The notes under the pieces: model-generated
The model's input: only the letters and a program-made list of their open reading frames with translations
Told to the model about the DNA's origin: nothing
Database searches by the model: none
Part shown: one piece after another, positions 1 through 13,092 of the stretch
How positions within the stretch are numbered: position 1 is the first letter of the stretch
Layout: every line of letters begins with the position of its first letter
Made by a program: the position numbers and the translations under genes
Assembly (NCBI RefSeq): GCF_021869535.1
Contig: NW_026262582.1
Coordinates: 53,010,001-53,074,000, forward strand
Source: Mytilus californianus
Taxonomy: Eukaryota
Reading direction: 5' to 3'
DNA length: 64,000 nt

Positions 1-518
1 CAGTCAACAGTCAAAAACACAGAAAATCAAATATGGAGCAACTCGAATCCCTTCATAATCCGTAGGGCTACGAAAAGATAAACAGTTCTTGCACTAGGGC
101 ACCGGTCATATAGACAACCATGTATCAGTCGATTTCGGTGTTGTCTAAAACCAGGAATAAGTATATGACTGCAACTGAATAACAGCCTATATAAGTAATT
201 GAATAATTAAATACATAATAAATAGAAGGGAGTCAAAATAATTAAGATATAGATTCAAATATGTGTACGTCGTATATCACATATATATTTTTTTAAGTGA
301 AAAGACCTGCTCAAAATAAAAAAAAATCCCTTCCATACGTTCCTTTTTCGCTACAAACCGGTTGGTACCGCCGCTGGTGGACTATTAGTTCAAATCCGCC
401 CAGTAGTACTGTTATGACTTAAATGAGACTATGTATTTGTACTAGAACTACGGTTGCAGTAATACGGGTTCCATATATCTGTTTAGCTCTTAATGGTGAA
501 TATGATCTCACATCATAT

Positions 519-1436
519 ATTGTTGGCTTCCAACATTTGGTCTCTAGAGTTCCCGATGATGTTTATTGTTGGCTTCCAACCTTTGGTATCTAGAGTTCCC
601 GATGATGTTTATTGTTGACTCACAACCTTTGGTCTCTAGAGTTCCCGATGATGTTTATTGTTGACTTCCAACCTTTGGTCTCTAGAGTTCCCGATGATGT
701 TTATAGTTGACTTCCAACCTTTGGTCTCTAGAGTTCCCGATGATGTTTATTGTTGGCTTCCAACCTTTGGTCTCTAGAGTTCCCGATGATGTTTATTGTT
801 GGCTTCCAACCTTTGGTCTCTAGAGTTCCCGATGATTTTTATTGTTGGCTTCCAACCTTTGGACTCTAGAGTTCCCGATTATGTTTATTGTTGGCTTATA
901 ACCTTTGGTCTCTAGAGTTCCCGATGATGTTTATTGTTGGCTTTCAACCTTTGGTCTCTAGAGTTCCCGATGATGTTTATTGTTGACTTCCAACCTTTGG
1001 TCTCTAGAGTTCCCGATGATGTTTATTGTTGGCTTCCAACCTTTGGTCTCTTAAGTTCCCGATGATGTTTATTGTTGGCTTCCAACCTTTGGTCTCTAGA
1101 GTTCCCGATGATGTTTATTGTTGGTTTCCAACCTTTGGTCTCTAGAGTTCCCGACGATGTTTATTGTTGGCTTCCAACCTTGGTCTCTAGAGTTCCCGAT
1201 GATGTTTATTGTTGGCTTCCAACCTTTGGTCTCTATAGTTCCCGATGATGTTTATTGTTGGTTTCCAACCTTTGGTCTCTAGAGTTCCCGACGATGTTTA
1301 TTGTTGGCTTCCAACCTTGGTCTCTAGAGTTCCCGATGATGTTTATTGTTGGCTTCCAACCTTTGGTCTCTATAGTTCCCGATGATGTTTATTGTTAGTT
1401 TCTAACCTTTGGACTCTAGCATTCCCGATGAAGTTA
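519..1436. repeat. 46-bp minisatellite, 20 units, with a 137-bp higher-order trimer duplicated near the 3' end
   Basis: Unit ATTGTTGGCTTCCAACCTTTGGTCTCTAGAGTTCCCGATGATGTTT starts at 519, 565, 611 ... 1391. Units 14-16 and 17-19 share the same private variants (GGTTT, CGACG, 1-nt deletion, CTATA). There are no spacers. Confidence 0.97.
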
Positions 1437-1995
1437 TTTGTAAGCTTTTTTAACCCCAAAATGCAGTATAACTCTTATTAAGGCCCTTAAAATTGGACAT
1501 GGGTACCCCTGGCTCAACTCAACCCATCCCGGATGGTCTTGGGTCATTTATCATATGATATTGCTGAATAAACAAACATTTCTGTAATAATAGGCTTGCT
1601 GTGTATGCGAACTTGCGCGGCTTTTGCATGTTTAGGTCCAGCACCACGGTGTTGATTAAAAAATTATGAAACTGAATACCTGGTTTTATTTTTTTCCCGT
1701 CAACTACAAGTTCATAAAAGGAAACTAGTCTTGTATTTTCTTTTTCAAAGATTGAAGCAACCTACTTTTCAACCTCCTTGTATTTTCTTTTGCAATCGGA
1801 AAGCAAGCGTTTCTTGAATCGAAAAGTAAGGTTTCAGTCGAGTTAATTGGAAAGCAATATTTCTGAAAAAACACAGAGTATGTCGATTTTTCTTTTCGAA
1901 AGACATGTAAATTATAGCATGATATGATATGAGCATTAACTCCAAAAGAAATTATCTTTCTCATCTTTACACATACACGACGTATTGGACCTTAA

Positions 1996-2617
1996 GGGCA
2001 TACGATACAGTTACAGGGGAGGTAATGACTTTGCTTACGTAAAATGTTATTTCCAGCGACGTCAAACTGTGATATATCGGGAAAAGATGCATTTTCGACT
2101 GTTTTTTATCGTTCAGACTGATTTAACTTGAAAACGAGTTCATGGACCTCTCTTTTTAAAAATCACATTTGGCTTGATTATGTATGAAGAATATTTGTGC
2201 CAATTTTTATGAACAAATCACCGATGAATTTTTTTTTAATTAGATAAATATACAACAAAAAATGCCGTTCTTTGACTAAAATCATGAAAACATGATAAAA
2301 ATGAAAAATTTCCAAACAATTATTTCTCAAATTCAAAGCACACTTATGTAGAGAAGATATATCAGATGCATTTACAAAAATCCGCTTGCGTTTATCTTTT
2401 AAAACAAAAAAGTTAGGCATGTCTTTCCAAAGGATAGAAATGTCAAAGAAACCGAAATTTCCAGGAAATGTCTAAAATTTCGACCCAATTTTTCTCTTAA
2501 AGTAGCGCATGAAGGTATATTTTTTATTACATATTTGAATTGTCTAGGTGAAAAATAGCTTGTATGCAAACGCTCGTCAAAAAAATCACCGTGGAATCAA
2601 AACTGTATCGTATGCCC
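1996..2617. mobile_element. Non-autonomous DNA transposon (MITE) with TTAA target duplication, Kolobok-like
   Basis: TTAA(1992-95)-GGGCATACGATACAGTT ... AACTGTATCGTATGCCC-TTAA(2618-21): perfect 17-bp TIRs. TTAA TSD with RR...YY termini fits Kolobok rather than piggyBac (CCC termini). Confidence 0.85.
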
Positions 2618-2799
2618 TTAAGTAAGCAACAGGCGCGAAAAAGAAGACAGCATAATAATAATAATAATTTTAAAAAAATAATAATAATAATAACTGAGTT
2701 AAAACAAAAAATCTCCAAACTTTGTTATAATTTCAGTCGAAATAAGACTGAATGAATTACCTTCAGTAGTAAGTGCTTCGGTACTGACATGAATTATAG

Positions 2800-3345
2800 C
2801 GTACTTTTCATTAATTTTCCGTTGAAATTATTAGGGAACTAAGGTTCAAACTTCCTCAAACAAAGTTGACCTTAGATGAATTTGGGTATTCTTTTTGGGT
2901 CCCTTTTGGTCATAAAGCTCCTCGTGTATTCCAGTATTTACACATCCGGGGCTTTCCAGGTTTTTTGCGTTTGAGCGTTCCTGATAAAGGTAAGTTCAGA
3001 AAAGTTATTTGTCGGACGCATCAAATTTATAAGGTGTTGTTTGTTTTATCTTCAAGAACAGGAGTCCTTATATTGCCTGTTGCATAGTTAAACCCTGTCC
3101 CTATTGAAAAAAAAAAACATACTGTCTTAACATAGTTTTTTTTAATGTTCCCCGTTGATAACTTATGAAATTCTAAAGAAAGTAAGGTTCCAACTACCTC
3201 AGACAAAGTTGACTTCAGATGAGTTTGGCTATTCATTTTAGGTCCATTTCGGTCACATAGCTCCTAACGATTCTACGTATTTATATATTCCATGGCTTTC
3301 AAATTTTTAGGTTTAAGGGTTCCTGATGAAGGTAAATTTCTGAGT
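2800..3345 (+). repeat. Tandem ~342-bp units carrying degenerate hammerhead-like motifs (retrozyme-like family B)
   Basis: AAGGTTC(A/C)AACT(T/A)CCTCA(A/G)ACAAAGTTGAC recurs at ~2841 and ~3184. GTTCCTGAT(A/G)AAGGTAA recurs at ~2978 and ~3319. The same motif is more intact at 24867-24910, with antisense fragments near 10395-10430 and 15635-15690. Confidence 0.65.
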
Positions 3346-3414
3346 AAGTGAGGACCCAATAAGAATAACTAAATTCACTTTTGTATCTTGTTTATCATCT
3401 CTGCAGTCGGCATT

Positions 3415-3750
3415 AAAGACTGCTAGTTAGGGGAGGGCTGAGCGCTCACAAACATGTTTAACCCCGCCATATTCTTTATGTGCATGTCCCAAGTCAGGAG
3501 CCTGTAAATCAGTGGTTGTCGTTGGTTCTTGTCTGTTATATTTTTTTTTCGTAAATTATTTTGTTATAAAACCGTTAGTTTTCCCATTTAAATTGTTTCA
3601 CATTTTTCATGTCGGTGCCTTTTGTAGCCGACTATATGGTATGGGTTTTTTTTCATTTTTGAAGATGGCCAGTTGCTTTCATCCACTTCATTTGAACTCT
3701 GATGGATAGTTGTCTCATTGTCAATTATACCATATCTCCTTATTTTTATA
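3415..3750 (+). mobile_element. 5'-truncated copy of the PLE-A 3' terminal module
   Basis: Collinear with 41640-41980 (GTTAGGGGAGGG...AAACATGTTTAACCCCGCC...GTTGTCTCATTG(G/T)CAAT(C/T)ATACCA(C/T)ATCT). Confidence 0.85.
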
Positions 3751-6223
3751 AATAGTTTTATCTTACAGTAAAATGATGATACGTTATACGAACAATCCAT
3801 GACATTTAAACGGTGACAGTTAAGTCGATTTCTCAGTTGTAGCCCATTACTTCAACAAAGATTAGGTTTATTTGAATGTAATATAAAACTACGGACATTT
3901 TTATAACAATCTTAAATTGTAAAACCATGTAAACGTAAGATAAATCAATCAGTAACGCTTAACACATTGAAATCACTTTACTATGTCCATTTAAAGTTTG
4001 TGTATTCTTTCGTATTTGGTCCATTATCCGCTGGAAAAATTAAACAACATACAAGTAAACATATGTTTTTGTTCTTGTACATGTATGTAGGGGGAACATG
4101 TATGAGGACATAAACTAAAGATGACAAATGCAGTTTTATAATTCTATCTAATATCACTAAAACCGTATGCAACCAACTTATCATTTATTCTATGTTTAAA
4201 CGTATATGAAGACTTGTCTTATAGTAAAACTTAGCAATTCAACTCAGTGCTGTATATGAAGAAATTATTGCGTGCATTTTTTATTGCGATTTTTTTAAGA
4301 ATGGACAAAATGCGAGATAATTTATTTCGATTTATGGAAAATCTGCCTATAGATATATGTATCAGACATTCGAATGCCAGCTCTTATTATTCCGACAATA
4401 ATAATAGTTTCGGAATTTACAATGTTTGTGAATGAGTTTACAGTGTTTAAAACATATTCAACTTTTTTTTGTTGAATATGAAGGACCAAATGACTTTAAC
4501 AAAAATACGCAACTAAGAAGTTAAAAACGGAATATACTGGGATGACTATATCATCCCGCATTATCGAAATTTTATATGGCAACATAGGGTAAAACGTTTG
4601 TGTGTACTACACGAACGTATTAATGCTTCATACAGTGGAAAAATAGGTTGCAAACATTTATCTCCCCTTTTTACCTGAACTCTCCAATGTTTGCAATGTT
4701 TTCCGCGTATATGTTATTAATTAGAAGCTCATTAGAAATATGTGGTTAATAGCTTTAGAGAAAATACCCTTTTACATAAGAAACGAAGAGAATAACATCA
4801 TATATTTATAACATATGTGTGTAAAATAAGTTTACTGTGTTACTCTGCAAACAAGTCAAATATAGAGCCGGTGCAATTTAAAAAAAAAATATGCAGTACG
4901 AAATATCTGTTTTCTCATGCCATTGGTACGAGTCTACTGTAGCCTTTTCTATTTCATTACTGTTCGACCCAAGACAATGATATACTTTAAATTAATACTA
5001 CAGCTTAAGATTGAAATATGTATCCAACATTTAAAATCTCTGCAAAAGAGAGATATAAAAAAAAATATAAAGACCAATTTAATAACAAATCCCATCTTTT
5101 TCTTGCCTCGTTATATACATTCTAGTCAAATTAGTGTGAAATAAATACCGGGAACATTTTCCATACCTTTTTTCTTTTATAGTGTAAAACACAGAGTGCA
5201 ACATATGTGTTTCCTTTATTTCTAACCAGAAAAGTGCCATGTCGCTCTTGTATTAACTATCACACATACAAGATGTACATTTTAATTCCACACCAAATGA
5301 AAACTTTAAAAAATGCACTAACCATGCATGATACTTAGTTTTGAGTAAAAATCGTTATATGTTTTTCAATGCGAGATAACGGACGTAAATGTGAGTCTCA
5401 TAGTACTAACCCAACGACCCAAAAACTTTATATCCCGACTTTCGGTATATTCACCAGAAGAAAATTTTAAAAAAAAAGTGGAAATGGTCGACTAACTTTA
5501 TATGAGTTAGATGAATAATTATATCATATGTTCTAGAAAAATACTTTGACAAATTTTGCGCTATATGTTACGTATTATTTCTGTGTAGCATTAAAAAATT
5601 ATAACGGTTTTTGTTCAAAAGAAATTATTTGAATGTCCTAACAGAATATCTGACATTTACATTGAATTTGTAAAATTACGATGGTATCAACGATATATTT
5701 ATAAGTGTATGATGAGGTCTTTTAAAATGTATGATGATAGATATCACAATTTCAAAAGGTGACATTACGGAAATTTTCATCTATTCTATCCCTAAATATA
5801 TTTATAGATGCGAAAATTACTGTATACTCATTCCGACCAAACCCATAACATTAACTTAAACGATTTGCTGTGGAACACATAACGGTTAATGACAGAATTA
5901 ATCCAAAATATAATTTGATAAAACCGTCGAATTAATCTGTTGTCACATCACTGGTGATCATTTGATATTTAAACATCATCAATACCTTACAGAAACAATT
6001 TCTTCCCTGATCAAACACAAAACCAATCGCAGATTATCCCCAAATCAATAGATTTATGGCTTTTTCTGACACGTGGCTTTTAATTTTGCCACAAACTGGC
6101 GCGGAGTGGGAGTTCGGAAGTAACTTTATAACGATCATCAATGAGTTCCGAGTAGAGTAGATTGAACAATTATTGTAAGTTCACAGTGGGAAGGAGTTCA
6201 ACTTAAAAAAAAACAAGCGCAAT

Positions 6224-6312
6224 TATAAAGATATCAAAACGGATATCTGAATTGTTCATAAATATCAATCAAGCCGTACAATTTGTCTGTGATACGAAAA
6301 ACTAAGGTAAGT
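6224..6312 (+). promoter_or_regulatory. Candidate TATA box, short non-coding first exon and splice donor
   Basis: TATAAAG at 6224-6230, TTCATA (Inr-like) at 6255-6260 and a consensus donor AAG|GTAAGT at 6304-6312, all in non-repetitive sequence. Motif evidence only. Confidence 0.3.
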
Positions 6313-7679
6313 TATGATTTTTGTGCCTCACTTCAAAGTTTGGTTATCAAACATTTTGTTCAATTTGCTAATTTTACAAGCCTATCTTTAATACGATTTG
6401 TGGTTTATACTCTTATTTTTTCCTTTGGTGTCAAAGATAAAATTCAAATTGTTAGCTTGTTCAAAATTGAATTTTTTAATGTAACAGCTGAGAGTTGTCT
6501 TATGGAAAATGTGAATTATACATAATACACGTATAGAATAAGCAGACAAAAGAAATAATACATAGAAGATCAAAGAAATTTAAAAAGTACTTAGTTCAAA
6601 GTAATTCGCCGCTTCGTATCTTCATTCTACGATGTTGAAATGCTTAAAAATGATATTACGATTTAAAAAAATTGAAGTATTAAAATCCATTTTCGAACAA
6701 AGCATTCCGTTGCCTTCTGTGGAAAATCGAAAGGAATATCAAAATAATATCTTATCTGAAATAAAGAGTAAAAGAAAGTAAGGAAGGCAATAAAAATTTA
6801 AGTCGGAGAGCAAATCATCCCCCCCCCCCCCCAAAAAAAAATAGAATAAATTAAAAAATTAAATATAAGAGACGAAACAACAAACATCACACAGCACTCC
6901 ATCAAACATTTTATAGCAAACAAAATATTGTAGGTAAATTGTGGACTAATAATGTTATTTGAACATTTCTTGTCTTTTGTTTGACGCCGCAAGTAACCAT
7001 GACCTATCCTTAGCAACCATGACTGAATGTCCATGAAATATTAACTGCAATAAGCAATTTCACTGTTTCACAAAAGTGCGCGTTATTTTTGTATTAAAAA
7101 TATCTGAAAACGCGGACTATTTTTTCTACAATTTCTTTTGTAAATATCGTGTTGAAAAATCAAGAACACAAAAGTTACAGATTTTACAGGATTGTTGATT
7201 AAAACGAAAATGAAGGCTGTTTTAGATCAATTAATTGTGAATTAAAACTCATGTTTATATCAATTAAGGACAAAAATACCTTCACGCACCTGAAAAAACA
7301 AAGGCAAAAAAAAACGGCGTTTTTACTGCTTATGTCATCTCGAGATCATATTTAGAAAGCTCAGAACTAACTGTAGGTACAGGCAAAATCAACAATGAAA
7401 AGAACGGCAAAGAAATCTTACGCCAGAGAAATCTAACAAGTATAGTTATATATGGCAGAAATGATACAGCTTTGTACATTGTTGTTCAAGATATTTGCAA
7501 GATAACTAGGGCGTATATTCCGATTGGCTGCATAATAATTTCAATAAACATATATATTGAATGGACACCGGAACGAAAAAGTGTAAAATTACAGATAAGA
7601 AATCTCAAAATATCAACACGCTGTAACTACAAGAATATGAGGGCATACTCGATATAACATTTAAAGGATATTACAAAAA

Positions 7680-7900
7680 AATGATTTGAAAATAGGCAAT
7701 ACCAAGGGGACAATAAAAAATGACAAGTCGAAGAAAAATAGACAATACCATGGCCAAAATAGACAATACCATGGCCAAAACGGAAAACGACGAAAAGATC
7801 ACAGTCTACAAAACACTACTAAAAATACTTTTAAAGACTGTGCATTCAAGAACCTTTCCAAAAACGGGGTGATTTTAAGTGCTTCGGAAGGGTGAGCAGA
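7680..7900 (-). mobile_element. 5'-truncated 3' end of PLE-B
   Basis: Reverse complement matches 58420-58835 (GCTTACCCTTCCGGAGCAC...CACCCC and GCCATGG...GGTAT termini). Includes a 21-bp internal duplication at ~7737-7780. Confidence 0.6.
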
Positions 7901-7989
7901 TCAAAGCGTATGCGTGCCAAATTTTAATGCTAACTTGAATATATTTACATTTTAAAAACGCATTGGACTCTTTTTCGTATAAGCGTTTC

Positions 7990-8880
7990 CTTTTTTTTTT
8001 TTTATCTCAACTGGCCCAACGTCCGTCGTCGTCGTCGTCCGTTGTCGTCTGTCGGCGTCCGTTAACTTTTACAAAAATTTCTCCTCTGAAACAACTGTGC
8101 CAATTGGAACCAAACTTGGCCACAATCATCATTGTGGTATCTATATTTTTTTTAAAAAAAGTCCGAACCCCCCCCCCCCCCCTACCGACCAACATCGCCG
8201 ACATGGCTAAAAATAGAACATAGGGGTAAAATGCAATGTTTGGCTATCATCTTGAAAACCATTAAAGATTAAAGATAGAGAAAATCTGACCCTAGCAAAA
8301 ATGTCGGGGGATGAGATCTACCTAATGTCTATTAAAATCAAAACAGTCAGATCACTCCTTATAGGAGTTATTGCCCTTAAACGTCAAATTGTTCCCTTTT
8401 TTTCATTTTTGCCCATTATCTGGAAATTTATAACATACAGAAACAAACTTTAAAAAACAAAAATGATCAGCAAGACATGATCTTCAAATAAATCAAACAT
8501 AATTGAAATTGTTAGTCGACACCTTATTGAAGTTATTGCCTTTTAATGAAGATTTTTCCCAATTTTTCGCGTTTTTGTCTACTATCCTGAAAACTATGAT
8601 AGATAAATAGAAATTTTAAATAGAATATTATAATTATTGCCTATTATCTTGAAAACTATAATAGATAGATAGAAAAAAGCAAAAATTATCAGCAAGATAA
8701 GATCTACAAATAAGCTACATATTCGAAATCTTCAATCGACTCTTCACTGGAGTTATTGCCCTTTATTGATAGTTTTTACAATTTCTTTTCTGCCTTTTTT
8801 TTGCCTATTATCTTGAAAACTATAATAGATAAATAGAAATTTTAAAAAAGAAAAATGATCAGCAGGATAATTTCTACAAA
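7990..8880 (+). mobile_element. Helentron/HINE-like non-autonomous repeat with (GTC)n microsatellite and internal tandem core repeats
   Basis: T-rich start, CTGGCCCAA, (GTC)n at ~8021-8050, and recurring GTTATTGCC(C/T)TT and AAAAT(G/T)ATCAGCA(A/G)GATAA blocks at ~160-220 bp spacing. This architecture is typical of DINE-1/HINE elements; the family assignment is inferred. Confidence 0.55.
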
Positions 8881-8994
8881 TCACGTCAACAGAAAGGCCG
8901 CGAAATGACAAATGTTAAACAATTCAAACTAACGGCATGATTTATGAACAATCACGGAATAACAGGCTCCTGACTTGAGACCGGCACATATTAG

Positions 8995-9250
8995 TTAACC
9001 TTATAAATTTACACATGTTGTTAAGATCATATAAATTTTTGCTGTTCATCAGATCATTAAATTTCAATGAATTTGGTTGGTTTCTATATTTACTTCTCAA
9101 TAACTGATGACGAACGTCATCATTAAATACAGAACGTGTTAAAATATAATGAAGTTCATCTCCGATGTCTCTACTGTTACAGAGTAAGCATTTTATATTT
9201 TCTCTTACAATATTTTGCCGTCTACCAGTTTGAATAGGCAATTTTTAAAT
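8995..9250 (-). pseudogene. Remnant of a non-LTR retrotransposon ORF2 C-terminus (zinc-knuckle region)
   Basis: PIQTGRRQNIVRENIKCLLCNSRDIGDELHYIL matches the LPIETGRW...C..C...IGDE.H..L.C pattern of LINE ORF2 C-termini. Confidence 0.7.
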
Positions 9251-9380
9251 TCCCGTACTAAACCTAGATAAAGTAATAATATTTTGTTGCTAAACTTTAT
9301 AAATGATATTCAAATTTCAGTTTTCTTTATAAATACGATGCTGATTGCTTTTGGTGATTCTTGAACATTAGTGTGCCATA

Positions 9381-9880
9381 TATAAAAGTAAGGAGATGTT
9401 GTATGATTGCCAATGAGACAACTATCCACCAGAATTCAAAAACCGTGGATGTTATCAATATAGGTAACCGCATGGTCTTCAACAATGAGAGGGGGGATCA
9501 CAACATATAGGCAGCTATAAAAGGCCCTGACATGAAAAATTAGAAACAATTCAAATGAGAAAACTAATTTATAACATTTCAACTTACTAAAAAAACAAAT
9601 ACGAAAGTTGTGAACAAAGGACAAAGGATAACCACTGCAAAAAAGAATGTGGCAGGGTTAAAAATGTTTGTGAGCGCTATACCCTCCCGCTAACCTGTGA
9701 CAATGGTGTAACAGCACAAATTAAGAACAAATTGTAAAAATCAGTTGAAAAGCTTACCTCAAAACGAAGCACAAAAAAGCAAAAATATAAAAACATACAC
9801 TAGTAGACAAAAATCATCGATATAAGAGTACTCGCAGTTATTGAAAGCTAGTCCAAAGCCAATTACAAGTAATAAATAAA
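9381..9880 (-). mobile_element. 5'-truncated copy of the PLE-A 3' terminal module
   Basis: Begins at the shared end (GGAGATGTTGTATGATTGCCAATGAGACAAC). Homology extends to GAGTACTCGCAGTTATTGAAAGCTAG, the reverse complement of ~41450-41480. Confidence 0.8.
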
Positions 9881-10491
9881 TCTTGTTCGTGTGTGTGTAA
9901 ACTGGTCAACTAGATTTAACCATAGTATATATATCCATTTATAGCTTATAATATACGTTTCCAACTAAAATGACAAACCGCAATCAAGTTGTATCATATT
10001 GATATACAACGAATACTTGTATAGAATGGCAGGTAGATTTTTCTTTTCTTCAAGATACTAACTTTGTCCAGGTATTAATTATACGGAGTTTAATAACAAT
10101 TTCCAAACAATATCTGTACTATTCTCCACATTTTATAAAATCAGGTGTAGATTTTTAAACCTTTAGCAAAATTTTACAGTATTTCATATGTACTCTTTCA
10201 ATGACATAATTATTACTAAAATGCCGTAAAGATCGCCTCCAATCAAAACTTCACAAGTAAGATTCTCAACAAATGTATTAAGAGACAACGCATTATACCG
10301 TTTTCAGTTCGTCACATGTGCGTCGAATCATGTCGGCTACAGACCAAAGTTTCGGAGTATCAAAATCAAACAATGCCTAATAAGATCAACCAAAACCGTC
10401 AAAGGTCAACTTTGCCTGAGAGAGTTACATCCTTAGTGTGTACGTGATCTGATGGATGATTACGACAATTAAATTGGTTAGGACAATTAAC

Positions 10492-10771
10492 TGATTGATT
10501 GATTGATTGATTGATTGATAGGTGTTCAACTCAAATTTCTGCATTATTACGCTGTTTCGTGACGGTCAGCTTTCATTGGTGGAGGAAGCTGGAGTGCTTC
10601 GAGGTAAACCACCAACCTTCGGGTAAGAAAACTGACAATCTTAGTAAATAAAGATTGGAGTCGAATGCACCTGCCACGTGATGAATTCGAACTCACAACC
10701 TTAGTGTTGACATGCTAGTGATACATTAGTTCGACTACTTTTCTACTTAGGCCACTCGGCAACCGAGCCCC
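10492..10771 (-). mobile_element. tRNA-derived SINE with V-domain-like core and (TCAA)n tail
   Basis: The minus strand reads GGGGCTCGGTTGCCGAGTGGCCTAAG (A box) ... GGTTGTGAGTTCGAA (B box) ... CACTCCAGCTTCCTCCACCAATGAAAGCTGACCG ... (TCAA)7. A sister copy lies at 25368-25635. Confidence 0.85.
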
Positions 10772-12941
10772 ATCCCTATGACAATTGAAGAAGAAAGGCT
10801 AACTCTAAAGTTTATTGAAAAGTTGTTCAATATCATAGAAAATATAAATATTTATAAAGTTATGATTATTGTCTAAAATCCTTTTTAAATAATGAGCACT
10901 AGTAAAGCACGAAATGCTTTTCCTATTGTCCGTGGTTTTGTCTGTTATTCTTCGACATGTGCTTTTGATTGCCCCTCTGTATCGTCTTCCCCCTTTAGAA
11001 AAAATGATATCATATACCTATATTAACGTGTGTCATAAAACAGAAACCTTATCAGTGGGTTGGTGTCATCTGTAATTTCAGTATTAAGCATTTTTGGGAC
11101 AAAAAAAAAATCAGCTAATCCATGAACTATATAATTTAAAATCTATAATATATGATTTTTTGTTTTAATTGTATATTGGGTTTTTTTTTTCTTCAGATGA
11201 ACACAATTGCTTCTATTTAACAATATCTTTAATGTAGATTTACTCAAATGCGCATGCTCTGTATAATTGTAATTATTATATTATGTAAAGGAGAAGACTT
11301 CATAAGTGGGTTAAACTTGTGCCCGATCCATTTGTATCTTTGAGCAAATAAAATAATTATAAACTAATTATATAATTTGGTATCTTACATATGTTGTGCA
11401 TGAACGCTGAGCTCTTAAACCGTATTCCATTCTTATCAAACATGATTTTTTTTTCTCCTTTACAAACGAAGCCAAAAAAAACAATTATTATTCTTTCAAA
11501 TGTGTGTCGTTCTAGAAATGATCTTAAACGGAGAGCAATGGTAATAAATCAAATCAGCCACAAAATCATCTGGATGGAAACGCTAGCACATATCGACTTT
11601 GTTAAAGATATCATCTTTTGAGTACATTTATGAATGAAGTTGAGACTACGGAGTCAATATAGTTTATGCTTGATAGTTTTCTGCTTATCAACTATAAATT
11701 CGTTTTGATGAACAAACAGTAAACAAAACCCATTTTCCTGTAGAAGTGCAATAGTTATTATTTTGTTGCTTAACTTCCTGTGTTTGATTAAACTTTCCTT
11801 TACGGAGAAGATAGCCGCGTTTTATGTTCTAATTTTCCATCCGAACGTAAGCACAATGTTAATATTATATTAAGAGATTTACACGATATTGGAAATTATA
11901 TAGTTTGTATTAAAAACAACTGAAAATACCGCGATCTTAACACAATGTCAGTGTGATTTCGAAAAAAAACTTATGACCTAAAAATCTTTTATTCATATTT
12001 AATCTTTCAAATTTCAACTGAAATGATAATGAAACAGTGAGCAGATAAAATAATTTCATAAATTGACTGAATTGTCTATAGAGCTTGGACAACACAGAGA
12101 ACAGTGTACCGTCAACCCTCCGTAGAGATCTGGCGCTTAATAGTTAACCATTCAAGTGACAAGTACCATTTGCAGACAAAGCAATGTTTCATCTCACTGC
12201 TATTTAAATCAAACGAATGTATAAGGTTCATATCCTTGCTTCCTTAGAGAATTCAATGTCCTGATTTTCTGATATCTAAAGTTTTTAGAAATTACTATAA
12301 AATCCTTATCTGATATTTAAGCACATTTGTTCGCGTATTTTTGTCAATTTTCCTTCTATTTCTCATATCAAATTTTCAAATTTCCATCTGATTTCATTTG
12401 GTGTGATTCCTGATTAAACTCTATCGTAATACAAGATATAACTTGGTTTGCAACAACTTTATTGTTTTATGCTAACCTTGGGCGAACTCATCTAGTTGTA
12501 GATATTATTAAATAATCCCTGCTTCACTGTTTCTATCCATTTTCTTAAACGTTTAAGATTTATTTAATTAAGAAGTTTGTCATAATTTGATTGAAAAAAT
12601 TACAGGATGAAAATCATTTAATTTGTGACGTAAAACATTAATTCGAAAAATGTATTAGACCGTATTAAAAACTGAATTTGGAATTAATCATTGTTCAAGA
12701 AGCCTATAATGTACACAACAAAATCGCGCACATGTATATAACTAGAGAAGTAACAGCAGAGTTTGATAATATAATTTTAGAATATGTTAGTTGTTATCCA
12801 CAGAACAAGATCGAAGAAAATTTTACCGGTTACATTTTTTTTTTAAATAACACACGATTCTTTTTCTTTCAAAATACACTGACCTTAATGTCTACGATCA
12901 TTCGAAGCAAAATAGGGATGGCGGTATTTTTTTAATATAAG

Positions 12942-13092
12942 TATTCGATATCATAAAAAAATGTTCAAACCATAGTATGACTTAATGCCAATGGAAGCAC
13001 AATGACCTCATAATTATATAGGTATTCGAGATCATAAAAAATGTTCAAACCATAGTATTACTTAATGCCAATGGAAGCGCAATGACCTCATA
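12942..13092. repeat. 81-bp tandem duplication (about 2 copies)
   Basis: TATTCGA(T/G)ATCATAAAAAA...GCCAATGGAAGC(A/G)CAATGACCTCATA at 12942 and 13023. Confidence 0.9.

Noticed and set aside
519-1436. CRISPR array
   Set aside because: The units are contiguous with no unique spacers, there are no cas genes, and the context is eukaryotic. The same applies to 21770-21949 and 15752-15883.
1478-1995. Second TTAA-flanked MITE sharing a TSD with 1996-2617
   Set aside because: The apparent inverted repeat extends only 5-6 bp beyond TTAA.
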